DNA of 64,000 bases. Source: Spirochaetota bacterium (lineage in GTDB: Bacteria; Spirochaetota; UBA4802; UBA5550). Both the position numbers and the translations under genes were made by a program. Under the pieces are notes generated by a model. The model saw only the letters and a program-made list of their open reading frames with translations, was not told the DNA's origin and ran no database searches. Shown here piece by piece: positions 37,830 through 47,980 of the stretch; position 1 is the stretch's first letter, and every line of letters begins with the position of its first letter. The stretch is taken from NCBI GenBank assembly GCA_963663865.1, contig OY760686.1, positions 2,720,001 through 2,784,000 of the forward strand. Reading direction: 5' to 3'.

Positions 37830-39647
37830 ATGAAATCCATCAAGTGCTTGAATAAATCCCTGCCCCGGCCGGGCACGGCCCTGTCTACCGCCGCTATCAT
37901 AGTATGTGCTGCGGTGTTGATCCTTTCAAGGCTGCTCAATCCCGGAGCTGATCCACCGGTCTGGGCGGCCTCTCCGTGGATTTCAGACAGCGGCTGGTGG
38001 TCTGCCTCGGCACGAAGTTCAGTCATCGCGGGAAGCTATATGCAGGGAGATTTCGGGATGCCGCTTATCATCGCTCCGCTGTACACTCTTCTCCTTGAGC
38101 TTGTTTTCCGCGCAGCGTCGGTGACACAGTCTGCTTCAAACCTTCTCTCCGGATTCGCTCAGGCCGTAACGGCTGCTGTTGCGTCATACACTGTTTTCAG
38201 GCTCTCCGGAATAAAAGCCGGGGCCGCCGCACTAATAATGCTCAGCATCTGCCCTTTGTTCGCGGCATACTCGAAGGTCTCATTTCCCGAATCGCTTCAG
38301 GTAATGTTTCTAACAATATCTATATCACTCATGATTACCGGCCGCCCTGGAAATATAAGGCTGATATTTTCGGGCATTGTTTTAACATGCGCGGTTTTAG
38401 TTAAATTAAATAGTCTGGTTTACATCCTTGTGCCTCACAGCGCCGCTGTAATCACCGCATACATTAAGGGCAGAAACAGCAGTGAATCGCAAAGGCTTTT
38501 CCCGTCGCTAAAAAATGCCGCCCTGCCCGCCGCGTCCTGCGCTCTGTCCACATGTGTTGTTCTGATCGCAATGCTCGCGACTTTTGGAGGAACACTTGCT
38601 GCGCTTCTGTCTTCAGAATCAGGTACTGCCTCGGGACTTAAGGACATGGCTATCCATGCGGGTGCTTCACTGACATCGCAGCTCCTCGTCGACAATGAGG
38701 TAATCCCCGTCATCTGGACTCCATTCAAGTTTTCGCCTCTGATTCTTCTTGGCGGGTGGATACTTCTGATCCTAAGGGCATCCGGCTCAAAGCTGGAAAA
38801 CATTTTAACATTTCATGGCACATGGTGCATAACTTTTCTGCTGATATTCTTCACGGGAGGCTATCAGAATGACTACAGACTCATAACCCTGCTGCCAGTT
38901 CTTGCTCCCTGTTCAGCCGCCCTTTTCCCCCGTCTCGTTAGCAGCTTCAAGTCAGGGCTTTCTATGGTCCCGGGGGGGGATATAGCTCTCCGGAGAAGCT
39001 ATTGCCTGTGGTGTATTATCCTGCTTCCGGCGGTTATCACTGTGAAACCAGCCGCTGTATCGTTTCTTGTTGAGCTGTCACAGACTGTCAGCATCGGATC
39101 AAATCCCGGAATAAGCGCCGGCAGTGCCGGATATATATTCTTTGCGTGTTTTTTTATAATGGTCCTTCCTCTTTCAGCAGCCAGAAAGACGCTGCACATA
39201 CTTCTTTCTTTCATTCTCACGCGCGCTGTCATTCCTTTGTCGGTTCTGCTACTTTTCTATGAACTCGGCATTACAACATATCAGACAGTAACACCGGAAT
39301 ACACTCTTAAAAAAGCCCAGAGCTTCGCTGCCCGCATATCTGAAGGCCGCAGCGCCGGCGGCAGGTTCTCGGCGACGCTTTTTCTTGAATCAACAGGCAA
39401 TGTAATTCGAAGGTCTTCACCTTCTGAATCTCCCGACAGAGAAAATTTCGCTTCATTCGTTGACATGGCTCCGGAATTCCTTGTATATCCGGACATTGTA
39501 AACCATTCCCCGTATCCACCTGCCGCGATACCTGAAGGCTATTTCAAGGCCGAATCACTTGCGGTGGGTCCGTTCGCAGAACAGGTGCCAAGATTCAACA
39601 TAGTTATATATCGAAGGAGTCCGAGCCATGACAAAAAAAAGCAATAG
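37830..39647 (+). CDS. GT-C fold (ArnT/PMT-like) membrane glycosyltransferase
   Basis: Multi-TM with an N-terminal loop SDSGWW..AR, APLY, PES and LVK motifs; follows the GT2 and flippase genes. Confidence 0.55.
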   Translation: MKSIKCLNKSLPRPGTALSTAAIIVCAAVLILSRLLNPGADPPVWAASPWISDSGWWSASARSSVIAGSYMQGDFGMPLIIAPLYTLLLELVFRAASVTQSASNLLSGFAQAVTAAVASYTVFRLSGIKAGAAALIMLSICPLFAAYSKVSFPESLQVMFLTISISLMITGRPGNIRLIFSGIVLTCAVLVKLNSLVYILVPHSAAVITAYIKGRNSSESQRLFPSLKNAALPAASCALSTCVVLIAMLATFGGTLAALLSSESGTASGLKDMAIHAGASLTSQLLVDNEVIPVIWTPFKFSPLILLGGWILLILRASGSKLENILTFHGTWCITFLLIFFTGGYQNDYRLITLLPVLAPCSAALFPRLVSSFKSGLSMVPGGDIALRRSYCLWCIILLPAVITVKPAAVSFLVELSQTVSIGSNPGISAGSAGYIFFACFFIMVLPLSAARKTLHILLSFILTRAVIPLSVLLLFYELGITTYQTVTPEYTLKKAQSFAARISEGRSAGGRFSATLFLESTGNVIRRSSPSESPDRENFASFVDMAPEFLVYPDIVNHSPYPPAAIPEGYFKAESLAVGPFAEQVPRFNIVIYRRSPSHDKKKQ

Positions 39648-40965
39648 AAGATTAAAACTGGCTGTCGTCGGAGGCGGCATGAGCGGTATTGCTTCAGCGA
39701 TCAGACTCGCCCGCAGCGGCCGCTTCGATGTAACTTTGATAGAAAAGGATGAACAAGTCGGAGGCCTCTGCTCATCCTTTTCATGGAAAGACATAACATG
39801 GGACAAGTTTTATCACGTTATTCTTTCAGGCGATTCGTATACAATCGGACTTCTTAAAGAGCTTGGAATAGACAGCACACTGGAATACCGCAAAACCGCC
39901 TCCGGATTTTCAAGCGAAGGCAGGCTGGCTCCAATGGGTTCAGCGATTGATTTTTTGAGGTTTCCATTCCTGAACCTCTGGCAGAAGTTCAGGCTGGGAG
40001 CCGGCATTCTATACGCCGCGGGAATAAAAGACAGCCGAAGCCTGTCCGGGGTTTCAGCCGAAGACTGGCTTAAAACAGTTTTCGGGGGCTCGGTGTACAG
40101 CAAAATTTGGACGCCGCTTCTGAGAAGCAAGCTTGGCGGGGAAGCCTCTTCGATTCAGGCTTCATTTATACTTAAAACCATTCAGCGTCTTTACGGCGCC
40201 CGTGACGCTGGCGGCGGGGTGGAAAGAATGGGACAGGTATCCGGCGGGTACAGAGCTGTGATTGATGCCTCCCTCCGCCGAATGAGGGAGCTTGGAATAA
40301 AGGTCATGACCTCAACCGAGGCCGTAAAACTCGAAAAACAGAGATCTCGACGGTTTTATATCCTCCACACAAAAAAAGGCAGGAAACTAAGCTTCGACAC
40401 CGTACTTCTCGCCCTGCCCTCACCGGTTGCGGCCCGGTTAGCCCGCGGCGTTGTTAAGCCAGCCATATTTACAAGCCTGAGAGAAACTCAGTATCTCGGC
40501 GTAACGTGCGCGGTACTTATCAGCTCGCAAAGCCTGTCTCCGTACTATGTAATTAATCTGCTCGACGAAGGCCTTCCTTTTACAGGAATCATCGAAGGCA
40601 ACAATGCCTCCCCGGAGGGCGCTTTCGGCGGCAGATACATAATCTATCTGCCGCGTTACCGATCTTCAGGCGAAAAAAAACCATCGCCGCGGCAGTACAC
40701 GGATCAATGCCTTAATGCTCTTGAAAAGATGTTTCCTCATTTTGACAGAAAGTCGGTTCTACATTCGGCGGTTTTCCACGCCGAACATGTTCAGCCGATC
40801 CAGAGAGAAACTTCTCCAATGCCCTCGGGTTATTATATACATGCAGCCGATGGCCTCTACATATCAAACTCATCAATGGTACCCGATGTTGTCACCAATG
40901 TTAATGTAGCCGTTATGACGGCTGAATCCGTAAGCAGAGCAATTGAATCTGCTTATTCAGACTGA
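39628..40965 (+). CDS. FAD-dependent oxidoreductase (protoporphyrinogen oxidase/amine oxidase-like)
   Basis: VVGGGMSG..A, EKDEQVGGL, DKFYH, PLLRSKLG. Confidence 0.8.
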   Translation: MTKKSNRRLKLAVVGGGMSGIASAIRLARSGRFDVTLIEKDEQVGGLCSSFSWKDITWDKFYHVILSGDSYTIGLLKELGIDSTLEYRKTASGFSSEGRLAPMGSAIDFLRFPFLNLWQKFRLGAGILYAAGIKDSRSLSGVSAEDWLKTVFGGSVYSKIWTPLLRSKLGGEASSIQASFILKTIQRLYGARDAGGGVERMGQVSGGYRAVIDASLRRMRELGIKVMTSTEAVKLEKQRSRRFYILHTKKGRKLSFDTVLLALPSPVAARLARGVVKPAIFTSLRETQYLGVTCAVLISSQSLSPYYVINLLDEGLPFTGIIEGNNASPEGAFGGRYIIYLPRYRSSGEKKPSPRQYTDQCLNALEKMFPHFDRKSVLHSAVFHAEHVQPIQRETSPMPSGYYIHAADGLYISNSSMVPDVVTNVNVAVMTAESVSRAIESAYSD

Positions 40966-40974
40966 GGAGGCCGT

Positions 40975-41553
40975 ATGACTGAATTCTATGCTCATCCCAC
41001 ATCAGAAATTTCGGAAAAGGCTGTTATAAACAGCGGCGCAAAAATCTGGAACGGTGTCCAGGTCAGAGAGGAGGCATCAATTGGATTCGGCACCATTATC
41101 GGCAAGAACTCATACATAGACATGGGGGTTAATATCGGCAATAATGTTAAGATACAAAACAATGTATCTGTCTTTCATGGCGTCACAATCAACGACGGAG
41201 TCTTTATTGGCCCTCACGTTTGCTTTACCAATGATCGCGTGCCGAGAGCAATCACTCCGGATGGGCATCTGAAGGCAGCGGACGACTGGACAGTATCAGC
41301 AACAGTTGTGGACTACGGGGCCTCCATCGGGGCTAATTCGACTATTCTTCCAGGCGTGCATATCGGGACTTTCGCGATGATAGGCGCGGGAAGCGTTGTC
41401 ACTCACGACGTCCCTCCGCACGGGCTTGTCTTCGGAAATCCGGCACGAATGCACGGTATGGTCTGCAAATGCGGATCGCGTCTGGTGCCGGAAATAAACG
41501 TTCACAGATGCCCTGTATGCGGCTTTCTGCTAAATCCAATGGAGGAAAAATGA
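40975..41553 (+). CDS. Hexapeptide-repeat N-acetyltransferase (WbpD/WlbB-like)
   Basis: AHPTS, KIWN, KIQNNVSV, FTND, GASIGANSTI, GNPAR, C-terminal CxC..CxxC. Confidence 0.85.
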   Translation: MTEFYAHPTSEISEKAVINSGAKIWNGVQVREEASIGFGTIIGKNSYIDMGVNIGNNVKIQNNVSVFHGVTINDGVFIGPHVCFTNDRVPRAITPDGHLKAADDWTVSATVVDYGASIGANSTILPGVHIGTFAMIGAGSVVTHDVPPHGLVFGNPARMHGMVCKCGSRLVPEINVHRCPVCGFLLNPMEEK

Positions 41554-41554
41554 A

Positions 41555-42673
41555 ATGAAAGATTCAAAAATCGATTTCATCGACCTTAAATCCCAGTACG
41601 AGGCATACAGGAGCGAAATTGACTCTGAGCTTCACAGACATATGGCCTCAGCGAGTTTTATTATGGGAGAACCCGTCGCTCGAATTGAGAATGAACTTTC
41701 GGCTTATACCGGAGCTTCACACTGTATAGGCTGCAGCAGCGGAACCGATGCCATTATGCTCTGTCTCATGGCCCTTGGAATAGGACCCGGTGATGAAGTA
41801 ATCACATCACCCTTTACCTTTTTCGCGACAGCCGAAGTTCCGGCCTTCCTGGGCGCGCGGCCGGTCTTCGCCGACATCCTGCCCGGAACCCTCTGCATTG
41901 ATCCTTCAAAAATCGAAGAGCGCATTACACCTTCTACCAGGGCCATAATCCCTGTCGGGATATTCGGCCAGCCGCCGGACATGGATCCCATTCTTGAAAC
42001 AGCATCAAAGCACGGCATAGCCGTTATAGAAGATGCCGCCCAGTCCTTCGGCGCTGTTTATAAGGGGCGTAAAAGCTGCAATCTGTCCCGTTATGCCGCA
42101 ACAAGCTTTTTCCCGGCAAAACCTCTTGGCTGCTACGGCGACGGAGGCGCAGTCTTTACTGATGATGAATCAGCGATGAAAAAAATGCGCTCGCTTCTAA
42201 ATCATGGTCAGGGTGAAAGATACCGCCACAGGTACATAGGAATAAACGGCAGGCTCGACGCGCTGCAGGCCGCAGTGCTTTCTGTTAAGCTAAAACACTA
42301 TTCGGATGAGCTCAAAGCCAGGTCGCTCGCTGCATCGAGATACACTAAGGCCTTCACGCCTCCGCCGGAAATAAAAACACAGATTGTGCCTGAAGACAGA
42401 ACAAGCACATACGCTCAGTACACAATCATGACAGAGGAGCGGGAATCCCTCGCAGAGAGTCTGAGGGCCTCGGGCATTCCGACAGCCGTGCACTATCCCG
42501 TACCGGTTTATGCTCAGGAAGCGATGTCCTACCTGAAAGCCGATCCAGCGGAATATCCCGTGACTGAAGAAACATGCAAAAAGGTCATTTCGCTCCCGAT
42601 GGGCCCTTTTCTCGCTGAGGATGTCCAAAATTACATTATAGAATCAGTCCTATCATTCTTCGGAGGTGCATAA
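41555..42673 (+). CDS. DegT-family aminotransferase (WbpE/WlbC-like)
   Basis: FIDLKSQY, SGTDA, FTFFATAE, EDAAQS, TSFFPAKPLGCYGDGG, NGRLDALQAA. Confidence 0.88.
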   Translation: MKDSKIDFIDLKSQYEAYRSEIDSELHRHMASASFIMGEPVARIENELSAYTGASHCIGCSSGTDAIMLCLMALGIGPGDEVITSPFTFFATAEVPAFLGARPVFADILPGTLCIDPSKIEERITPSTRAIIPVGIFGQPPDMDPILETASKHGIAVIEDAAQSFGAVYKGRKSCNLSRYAATSFFPAKPLGCYGDGGAVFTDDESAMKKMRSLLNHGQGERYRHRYIGINGRLDALQAAVLSVKLKHYSDELKARSLAASRYTKAFTPPPEIKTQIVPEDRTSTYAQYTIMTEERESLAESLRASGIPTAVHYPVPVYAQEAMSYLKADPAEYPVTEETCKKVISLPMGPFLAEDVQNYIIESVLSFFGGA

Positions 42674-43587
42674 TGAAAACCGCTTTAATCGGATTCGGCT
42701 CAATGGGCCGGAATCATTATAGAATACTTAACTCAATTGAAGGAATAGACCTTGTGGCAGTATGTGACCCGGCCATCGGCGACGATTTGCCGGAGCAGGT
42801 ATACTACGATATTGACACAATGCTGGAAAAAATACAAATTGACAGCGCGGTTGTATGCGTCCCCACAAACCTGCACAGAGATATTGCGGTAAAGCTTGCC
42901 CACAGGGGAATTAATCTTTTCATAGAAAAGCCGGTCGCTCACACAGTCGAAGAGGCGGATGAAATTATTGAGGCCATAGAAGCAGCCGGTGTAAAATCGG
43001 CTGTGGGACATATTGAGAGATTTAATCCGGTAATCGCGGCCCTCATCAAGGAGCTTGACGGAAAGAACATTCTGAGCATTGATATTCAAAGAGTGGGCCC
43101 CTTCCCTCCAAGGGTATCTGATATTGGCATTCTGGTTGATCTTTCAGTTCATGATATCGACCTTATAAGGCTCCTTACGGGTTTCTCTAAAATCACGAGC
43201 TCAAGTATTTTCGGTTCGACCAAGGTGCAGGATAATGAATCCAGCGGCCTGCCAGATAATGCGGTTTTGTCCTTCAAGCTTGAGAATGAAACGGTCGCCA
43301 GTATAATGACCAACTGGCTGACGCCCTTTAAGAAGAGAAAAATCGAGGTTGCCACGAACTGCTCATATTACGAGGCCGACCTGATGACCCAGGAGCTGAC
43401 AGAGTTCTCGTCCTACAAGCTCAACAACTCCTATGTGGTCAGGAACTGCTACGTCAGAAAGAGCGAACCTCTTATGAATGAGCTCACCGCGTTTCTAAAC
43501 TACTTCAGAACCGGAGACAGGTCTAACCTTGCAACAGTCGAAGACAGCAGATACACACTTGAGATTCTGGCAGGTAACAATCATTGA
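42673..43587 (+). CDS. Gfo/Idh/MocA oxidoreductase (WbpB/WlbA-like sugar 3-dehydrogenase)
   Basis: IGFGSMGRNH, EKP, VGHIERFNP, DLSVHDID. Confidence 0.82.
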   Translation: MKTALIGFGSMGRNHYRILNSIEGIDLVAVCDPAIGDDLPEQVYYDIDTMLEKIQIDSAVVCVPTNLHRDIAVKLAHRGINLFIEKPVAHTVEEADEIIEAIEAAGVKSAVGHIERFNPVIAALIKELDGKNILSIDIQRVGPFPPRVSDIGILVDLSVHDIDLIRLLTGFSKITSSSIFGSTKVQDNESSGLPDNAVLSFKLENETVASIMTNWLTPFKKRKIEVATNCSYYEADLMTQELTEFSSYKLNNSYVVRNCYVRKSEPLMNELTAFLNYFRTGDRSNLATVEDSRYTLEILAGNNH

Positions 43588-44675
43588 AGCTGAAGATGAT
43601 GACAGTTATAGGCACCAGGCCTGAGATTATCAAGATGTCGCCTCTCATACCTCTGTTTGACAGTGAGTTCAGCCATGTACTGGTACACTCCGGACAGCAT
43701 TACTCCCCTTCGATGGACTCTGTCTTTTTTGAAGAGCTGAAACTCAGAAAGCCGGACTATGTTCTTGAGAGCGGCGGCCTGCCGCCTGCCGATCAGACAG
43801 GCGCAATAATGAGGGGCGTTGAAAAAATCATACTTGCCGAAAAGCCCTCCGCAGTCACTGTGCACGGCGACACAAACACTACACTGGCTGCCGCTCTGGC
43901 AGCAGCGAAACATCGCGAACATGTCAAAGCTATAATTCACATTGAAGCCGGCGTAAGATCTTTCAACAGGACACAGCCCGAGGAATTAAACCGCGTCCTC
44001 GTAGACCAGGCAGCAGATATTCTGTTCATCCCCTACGAACATGACAGAGAGAACGCTCTTCGGGAAGGAATACCGGACAGCCGTATCTTTGTAACAAACG
44101 GTAATACTGTTCTTGAAAGCGCGATTCGCACCGCCTCAATTGCGGACAGCGCCGCTATATGCGGCAATTACTCGGTGACGCCGCGTAATTTCGCGATAGC
44201 AACGTTTCACCGCCAGGAGAGTGTCGATTCCCCGGAAATTCTGAGCGGGATATGCAGAGCAATGACGGAGATTTCAGACTTAATACCTCTGATAATTCCT
44301 CTTCACCCGAGAACCGAAAAGAGAATCTCTGAATTCGGCATAAAACTTGAGGGAAGCCGGCTAATGCCAGTTCCGCCCATCGGCTATATCGACATGACAG
44401 GGCTTCTTCAAAACGCACGCTTCTGCATGACCGATTCAGGAGGTCTCCAGGAGGAGGCGGCCGCACTCGGTACGCCGGCGCTTGTACTTAGAAATGAAAC
44501 CGAACACATAAGATACCTGAAAAGCGGCCTTCACCGGCTTACAGGAATTCAGACGGAGACTATCGTCAGAGAAGCCCGAAGACTCATAGACAAAGAGCCT
44601 GATTCACAGAGTATTGAGATTAAAAGCGGCATTTCAGATTCAATACTTGAAGCCATTGTGAATTTCCTGAAGTAA
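43584..44675 (+). CDS. wecB: UDP-N-acetylglucosamine 2-epimerase, non-hydrolysing (WecB/WbpI-like)
   Basis: GTRPEIIK, HSGQHY, HGDT, HIEAGVRS, PEELNR, TDSGGLQEEA. Confidence 0.9.
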   Translation: MKLKMMTVIGTRPEIIKMSPLIPLFDSEFSHVLVHSGQHYSPSMDSVFFEELKLRKPDYVLESGGLPPADQTGAIMRGVEKIILAEKPSAVTVHGDTNTTLAAALAAAKHREHVKAIIHIEAGVRSFNRTQPEELNRVLVDQAADILFIPYEHDRENALREGIPDSRIFVTNGNTVLESAIRTASIADSAAICGNYSVTPRNFAIATFHRQESVDSPEILSGICRAMTEISDLIPLIIPLHPRTEKRISEFGIKLEGSRLMPVPPIGYIDMTGLLQNARFCMTDSGGLQEEAAALGTPALVLRNETEHIRYLKSGLHRLTGIQTETIVREARRLIDKEPDSQSIEIKSGISDSILEAIVNFLK

Positions 44676-44939
44676 GCAATGCATCCAGTTTATCTCCCTA
44701 TAACATCCGGCGCCTGTTGCCCGGGCAGCCCATATTTTCAGCTCTCCAATGGGCAATAGATCAACACAGGCAAACAGTAGTTTTTACTCTTTAAAACAGC
44801 TTGACATATCCGCGGAGTGTCATTTATTTTAGTGCAATTCCAACGAATTTGCGAAAAAAGCATTCTGCTTAATGAGCTTACAAAACAGTTTTTGATACGA
44901 TTTTTATACGATTATCATATTTTCAGATCAAAAGGAATA

Positions 44940-45554
44940 ATGATGAAACCCAGTCGGATTAAGCCCTGGAAAACTGACAGGGAAAAACTCTTCTACATCA
45001 AACAATGCTCTACCATTTTCAGCCGGGTTTACTGGATGCTTTCGACTGAGTTTAAGGCCGTAACATATTTCAGAGTTGAAGCTGCCGTCAGAAGAATATC
45101 AAAGAAAAACCTGATTGCCAGGATTCTGCTGAAAAACTTTCTGTTCATACCGCTATATCTTCATTTCAGACATTTTAGAATCAAACATAAAATCTTCATA
45201 GACAAGAACGCCGTGATAGGCCCAGGATTCTACATTGTCCACGCCTCGCAGATATTCATAGGCCCTGTAACAATAGGAGCCAACTGCATAATACACCACA
45301 ATGTGACGATGGGACAGGGTGTGGCAAAGCGCGAAAAAAGCGTCCCCAGGATAGGCGACAATGTATGGATAGGAACCGGCGTCATTCTCTCGGGAAACAT
45401 TGAAATTGGCAGCAATACCGTCATATCTTCAGGGAGCGTCCTGTCTAAAAGCGTCCCAGGCAACTGCCTCGTGGCAGGCAATCCGGCAAGAGTAATCCTG
45501 GCAGATTACGACAGCAGCGAGTACTGTACTTTCAGGCCCGTAGGAAAAGCCTGA
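44940..45554 (+). CDS. Serine-acetyltransferase-like left-handed beta-helix acyltransferase (polysaccharide associated)
   Basis: AVIGPGFYIVH, HNVTMG, PRIGDNVWIG, VAGNPARV; start moved to the ATG after AAAGGA. Confidence 0.75.
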   Translation: MMKPSRIKPWKTDREKLFYIKQCSTIFSRVYWMLSTEFKAVTYFRVEAAVRRISKKNLIARILLKNFLFIPLYLHFRHFRIKHKIFIDKNAVIGPGFYIVHASQIFIGPVTIGANCIIHHNVTMGQGVAKREKSVPRIGDNVWIGTGVILSGNIEIGSNTVISSGSVLSKSVPGNCLVAGNPARVILADYDSSEYCTFRPVGKA

Positions 45555-45585
45555 TTTGTACCCCCGGGCCTTTCCGCATTATCAG

Positions 45586-46407
45586 CTACTCGGACGCAAG
45601 CACCCTTAGCAGCTCAACAGCCAGCTCAACAGCGGCCTTCTCTGCGGGATGCCCTCCATCATGACTCTTGCCCGGGTACATAGACTCGTGTTTTTCACCG
45701 CCTTTAGAACTGACAAACACCCCTCCGGCCGGCCTTTTCGCTTCGATGAAAGCTATATCAAAAATATTTGTGCCTTGAAATTTATCCCTTATCAGTCTGT
45801 TATACCTGTTTCGCTGTATGTTGTCATAAACATCATCGTAAACCTCGCTGTAGGGTTTTCCGAGAACCTTTTTAACAATGACCTTAAGCCTCTGTACAAT
45901 CCCTGTTCTCTCCTCGGTTAGAGGTACCGTACAGTGAACAATTCTCAATTTCGGAAAGCTCTTGCTCAGGGTTTCACATGTTTTAGCATACTCCCTGAAT
46001 ACACTGTTAACGTCGGTTTTTCTGCCTATGTCGGCATAGCAGAGTTTCATCATCGCCGCGCTGTACCGACCGCCTTCTTCATCGAGGAGCTGCTTTTCAA
46101 ATGCCCTGAATTTTGATATCGGGTCGCCATTTTTTCCGACTGGGAATGACCTGATGAAAAGCCCATCACCCGACTTCCGTGGAGGAAGTTCTTTCGAAAC
46201 AGAAATACAGTCTCCATACTTTTCAATGACATTCAGTATAATTGCGCCCACCGACCTGTGAGCAAAGAGCAGCCTTACCTCTTTTAACATTTCTCCGCTC
46301 AGTCTCATGCCCTTCTCCGTTTCATTCTTCTTTTCCCCGTCTCCTGAACAGGAAGTCCCAACAGCGCAGCACAGAACAACAACGATTACAGCCGGCGATA
46401 TTCTCAT
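45586..46407 (-). CDS. Lipoprotein with SGNH-hydrolase-like motifs
   Basis: Lipobox VGTSC; FAHRSVG, MKLCYAD, NRYN, DGGH. Confidence 0.5.
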   Translation of the reverse strand: MRISPAVIVVVLCCAVGTSCSGDGEKKNETEKGMRLSGEMLKEVRLLFAHRSVGAIILNVIEKYGDCISVSKELPPRKSGDGLFIRSFPVGKNGDPISKFRAFEKQLLDEEGGRYSAAMMKLCYADIGRKTDVNSVFREYAKTCETLSKSFPKLRIVHCTVPLTEERTGIVQRLKVIVKKVLGKPYSEVYDDVYDNIQRNRYNRLIRDKFQGTNIFDIAFIEAKRPAGGVFVSSKGGEKHESMYPGKSHDGGHPAEKAAVELAVELLRVLASE

Positions 46408-46425
46408 AATTGCCTCCATTTAGTG

Positions 46426-47883
46426 TTACCTTCCGTGACCCTTTATTACAACGCGCAATGTCCGCCAGATCAGCTGGAAGTCAAGCAGCAGCGACCAGTT
46501 GTCAATGTACTCCAGGTCCATCTCCATCCACTTATTGAATGAAATATCATTTCTCCCCGGCGCAATCTGCCAGATACATGTAAGCCCCGGCTTCATGCTC
46601 AGACGCCTCCGCTGCCACACATTGTACTGTCTGACCTCGTCGCCAAGCGGGGGCCTTGGACCTACAAGGCTCATCTCTCCCTTGATAATGTTGAACAGCT
46701 GAGGCAGCTCGTCAAGCCCGGTCTTTCTGAGCAGACGGCCTATGAACGGTATGATTCGCGGATCATTTTTGATCTTGAACGCCGGCCCGTCTGCCTCATT
46801 GCTGCCCCTGAGTTTTTCAAGCATAGCCTCGGCGTCGGGTATCATCGTACGGAACTTGTAAAGATAGAATTCACGTCCGTAAAGCCCCATTCTCTTCTGT
46901 TTGAACAGCACCGGCCCTCGCGGTGAGATCAGCTTTATGAGAAGCGATATTACTATTAGCAGCGGCATAAGAACAATGATTCCAATGAAGGAGAGCACCA
47001 TATCCAGTATGTTTTTTATTAGCAGGTCTCTGTACTTTGATGTTGTAGCGGTTATAAGCATCGTAGGGACGCCATTGAAGTCGTCAAAGTACATTCGCGC
47101 GATTCCCGGCTGGTACAGCACTGAATAAATGTGCCAGTCCGGGAAAATCCTTACCGTCACTCCGGTAAGCTCAATAAGCACCATGTAGACCTGCACGGAC
47201 TCTATCTCTTTTAAAGGCATCGCGAAGATGATTTCATCAATTACGTACATCTGCATAATGTTTTTCAAATCGTCCATAGTTCCGATTACCTTGACGCCTT
47301 CAAGCACCTCTTTGCCCACTGAGTCAGCTCTGGTGTCAAGGCATCCTATTACGGTGTATCCGGTGCCGGACGATTTAATTAGCCCGATTACCCCTTCAGC
47401 GCGCCTCCTGCTTCCTACTATAAGGATATTGTGAAAGTTCTGCTGGTTCTGCTTATAGTTTTTGAGAAGCTCGAGAAATATCCTCTTAACGGCTGTCAGA
47501 GCAATTATATTGATGGTATAGAATATGCCGAGTAGAAGGCGGCTCACTTCGTGGATTTTGAAAACAAAGAGTGCGGCTATCAGTATCATCATGGAAAAGC
47601 TGACAGACTTGATAACGTCGCGTATAACCACGGGGAAAGACTTTTCAGCGAAGCCCGTGTAGACATTATTAATATGAAAGACCAGAGACCAGATGAGTAC
47701 TATCATCAACAGGACAACATAGTAGTTAGGACCGACTGCGAGATCGCTCATATTCATAAACGGCAGCACTACATTCCTGGAGTAGTAGCTGGCAACAAAG
47801 CTTAAGCAGGTCAGGAAAATATCTGACAGAAAATGAGACCTTTCAATAAACTTCTCTTTCTTTCTGATATCTTCGATCATCAA
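46426..47883 (-). CDS. Priming undecaprenyl-phosphate sugar-1-phosphate transferase (WcaJ/CpsE family)
   Basis: N-terminal TMs and CoA-binding-like domain; FKQKRMG, KFRTM, DPRI, LDELPQL, MSLVGPRP, KPGLT. Confidence 0.92.
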   Translation of the reverse strand: MMIEDIRKKEKFIERSHFLSDIFLTCLSFVASYYSRNVVLPFMNMSDLAVGPNYYVVLLMIVLIWSLVFHINNVYTGFAEKSFPVVIRDVIKSVSFSMMILIAALFVFKIHEVSRLLLGIFYTINIIALTAVKRIFLELLKNYKQNQQNFHNILIVGSRRRAEGVIGLIKSSGTGYTVIGCLDTRADSVGKEVLEGVKVIGTMDDLKNIMQMYVIDEIIFAMPLKEIESVQVYMVLIELTGVTVRIFPDWHIYSVLYQPGIARMYFDDFNGVPTMLITATTSKYRDLLIKNILDMVLSFIGIIVLMPLLIVISLLIKLISPRGPVLFKQKRMGLYGREFYLYKFRTMIPDAEAMLEKLRGSNEADGPAFKIKNDPRIIPFIGRLLRKTGLDELPQLFNIIKGEMSLVGPRPPLGDEVRQYNVWQRRRLSMKPGLTCIWQIAPGRNDISFNKWMEMDLEYIDNWSLLLDFQLIWRTLRVVIKGHGR

Positions 47884-47980
47884 ATACTCCGCAAAGAATT
47901 ATAAGGCGCTGGCCGTCCAGAATTATGTATTAAAGAACCTCAAAGCGCAAGTCAAGAGCAATTTGCCGTTTTCAGTTTCG

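Noticed and set aside
44712-44771. Nested stems GCCTGTTG/CAACACAGGC and GCCCAT/ATGGGC as an ncRNA
   Set aside because: Short imperfect stems after wecB with no family signature; cannot be distinguished from chance or a weak terminator.
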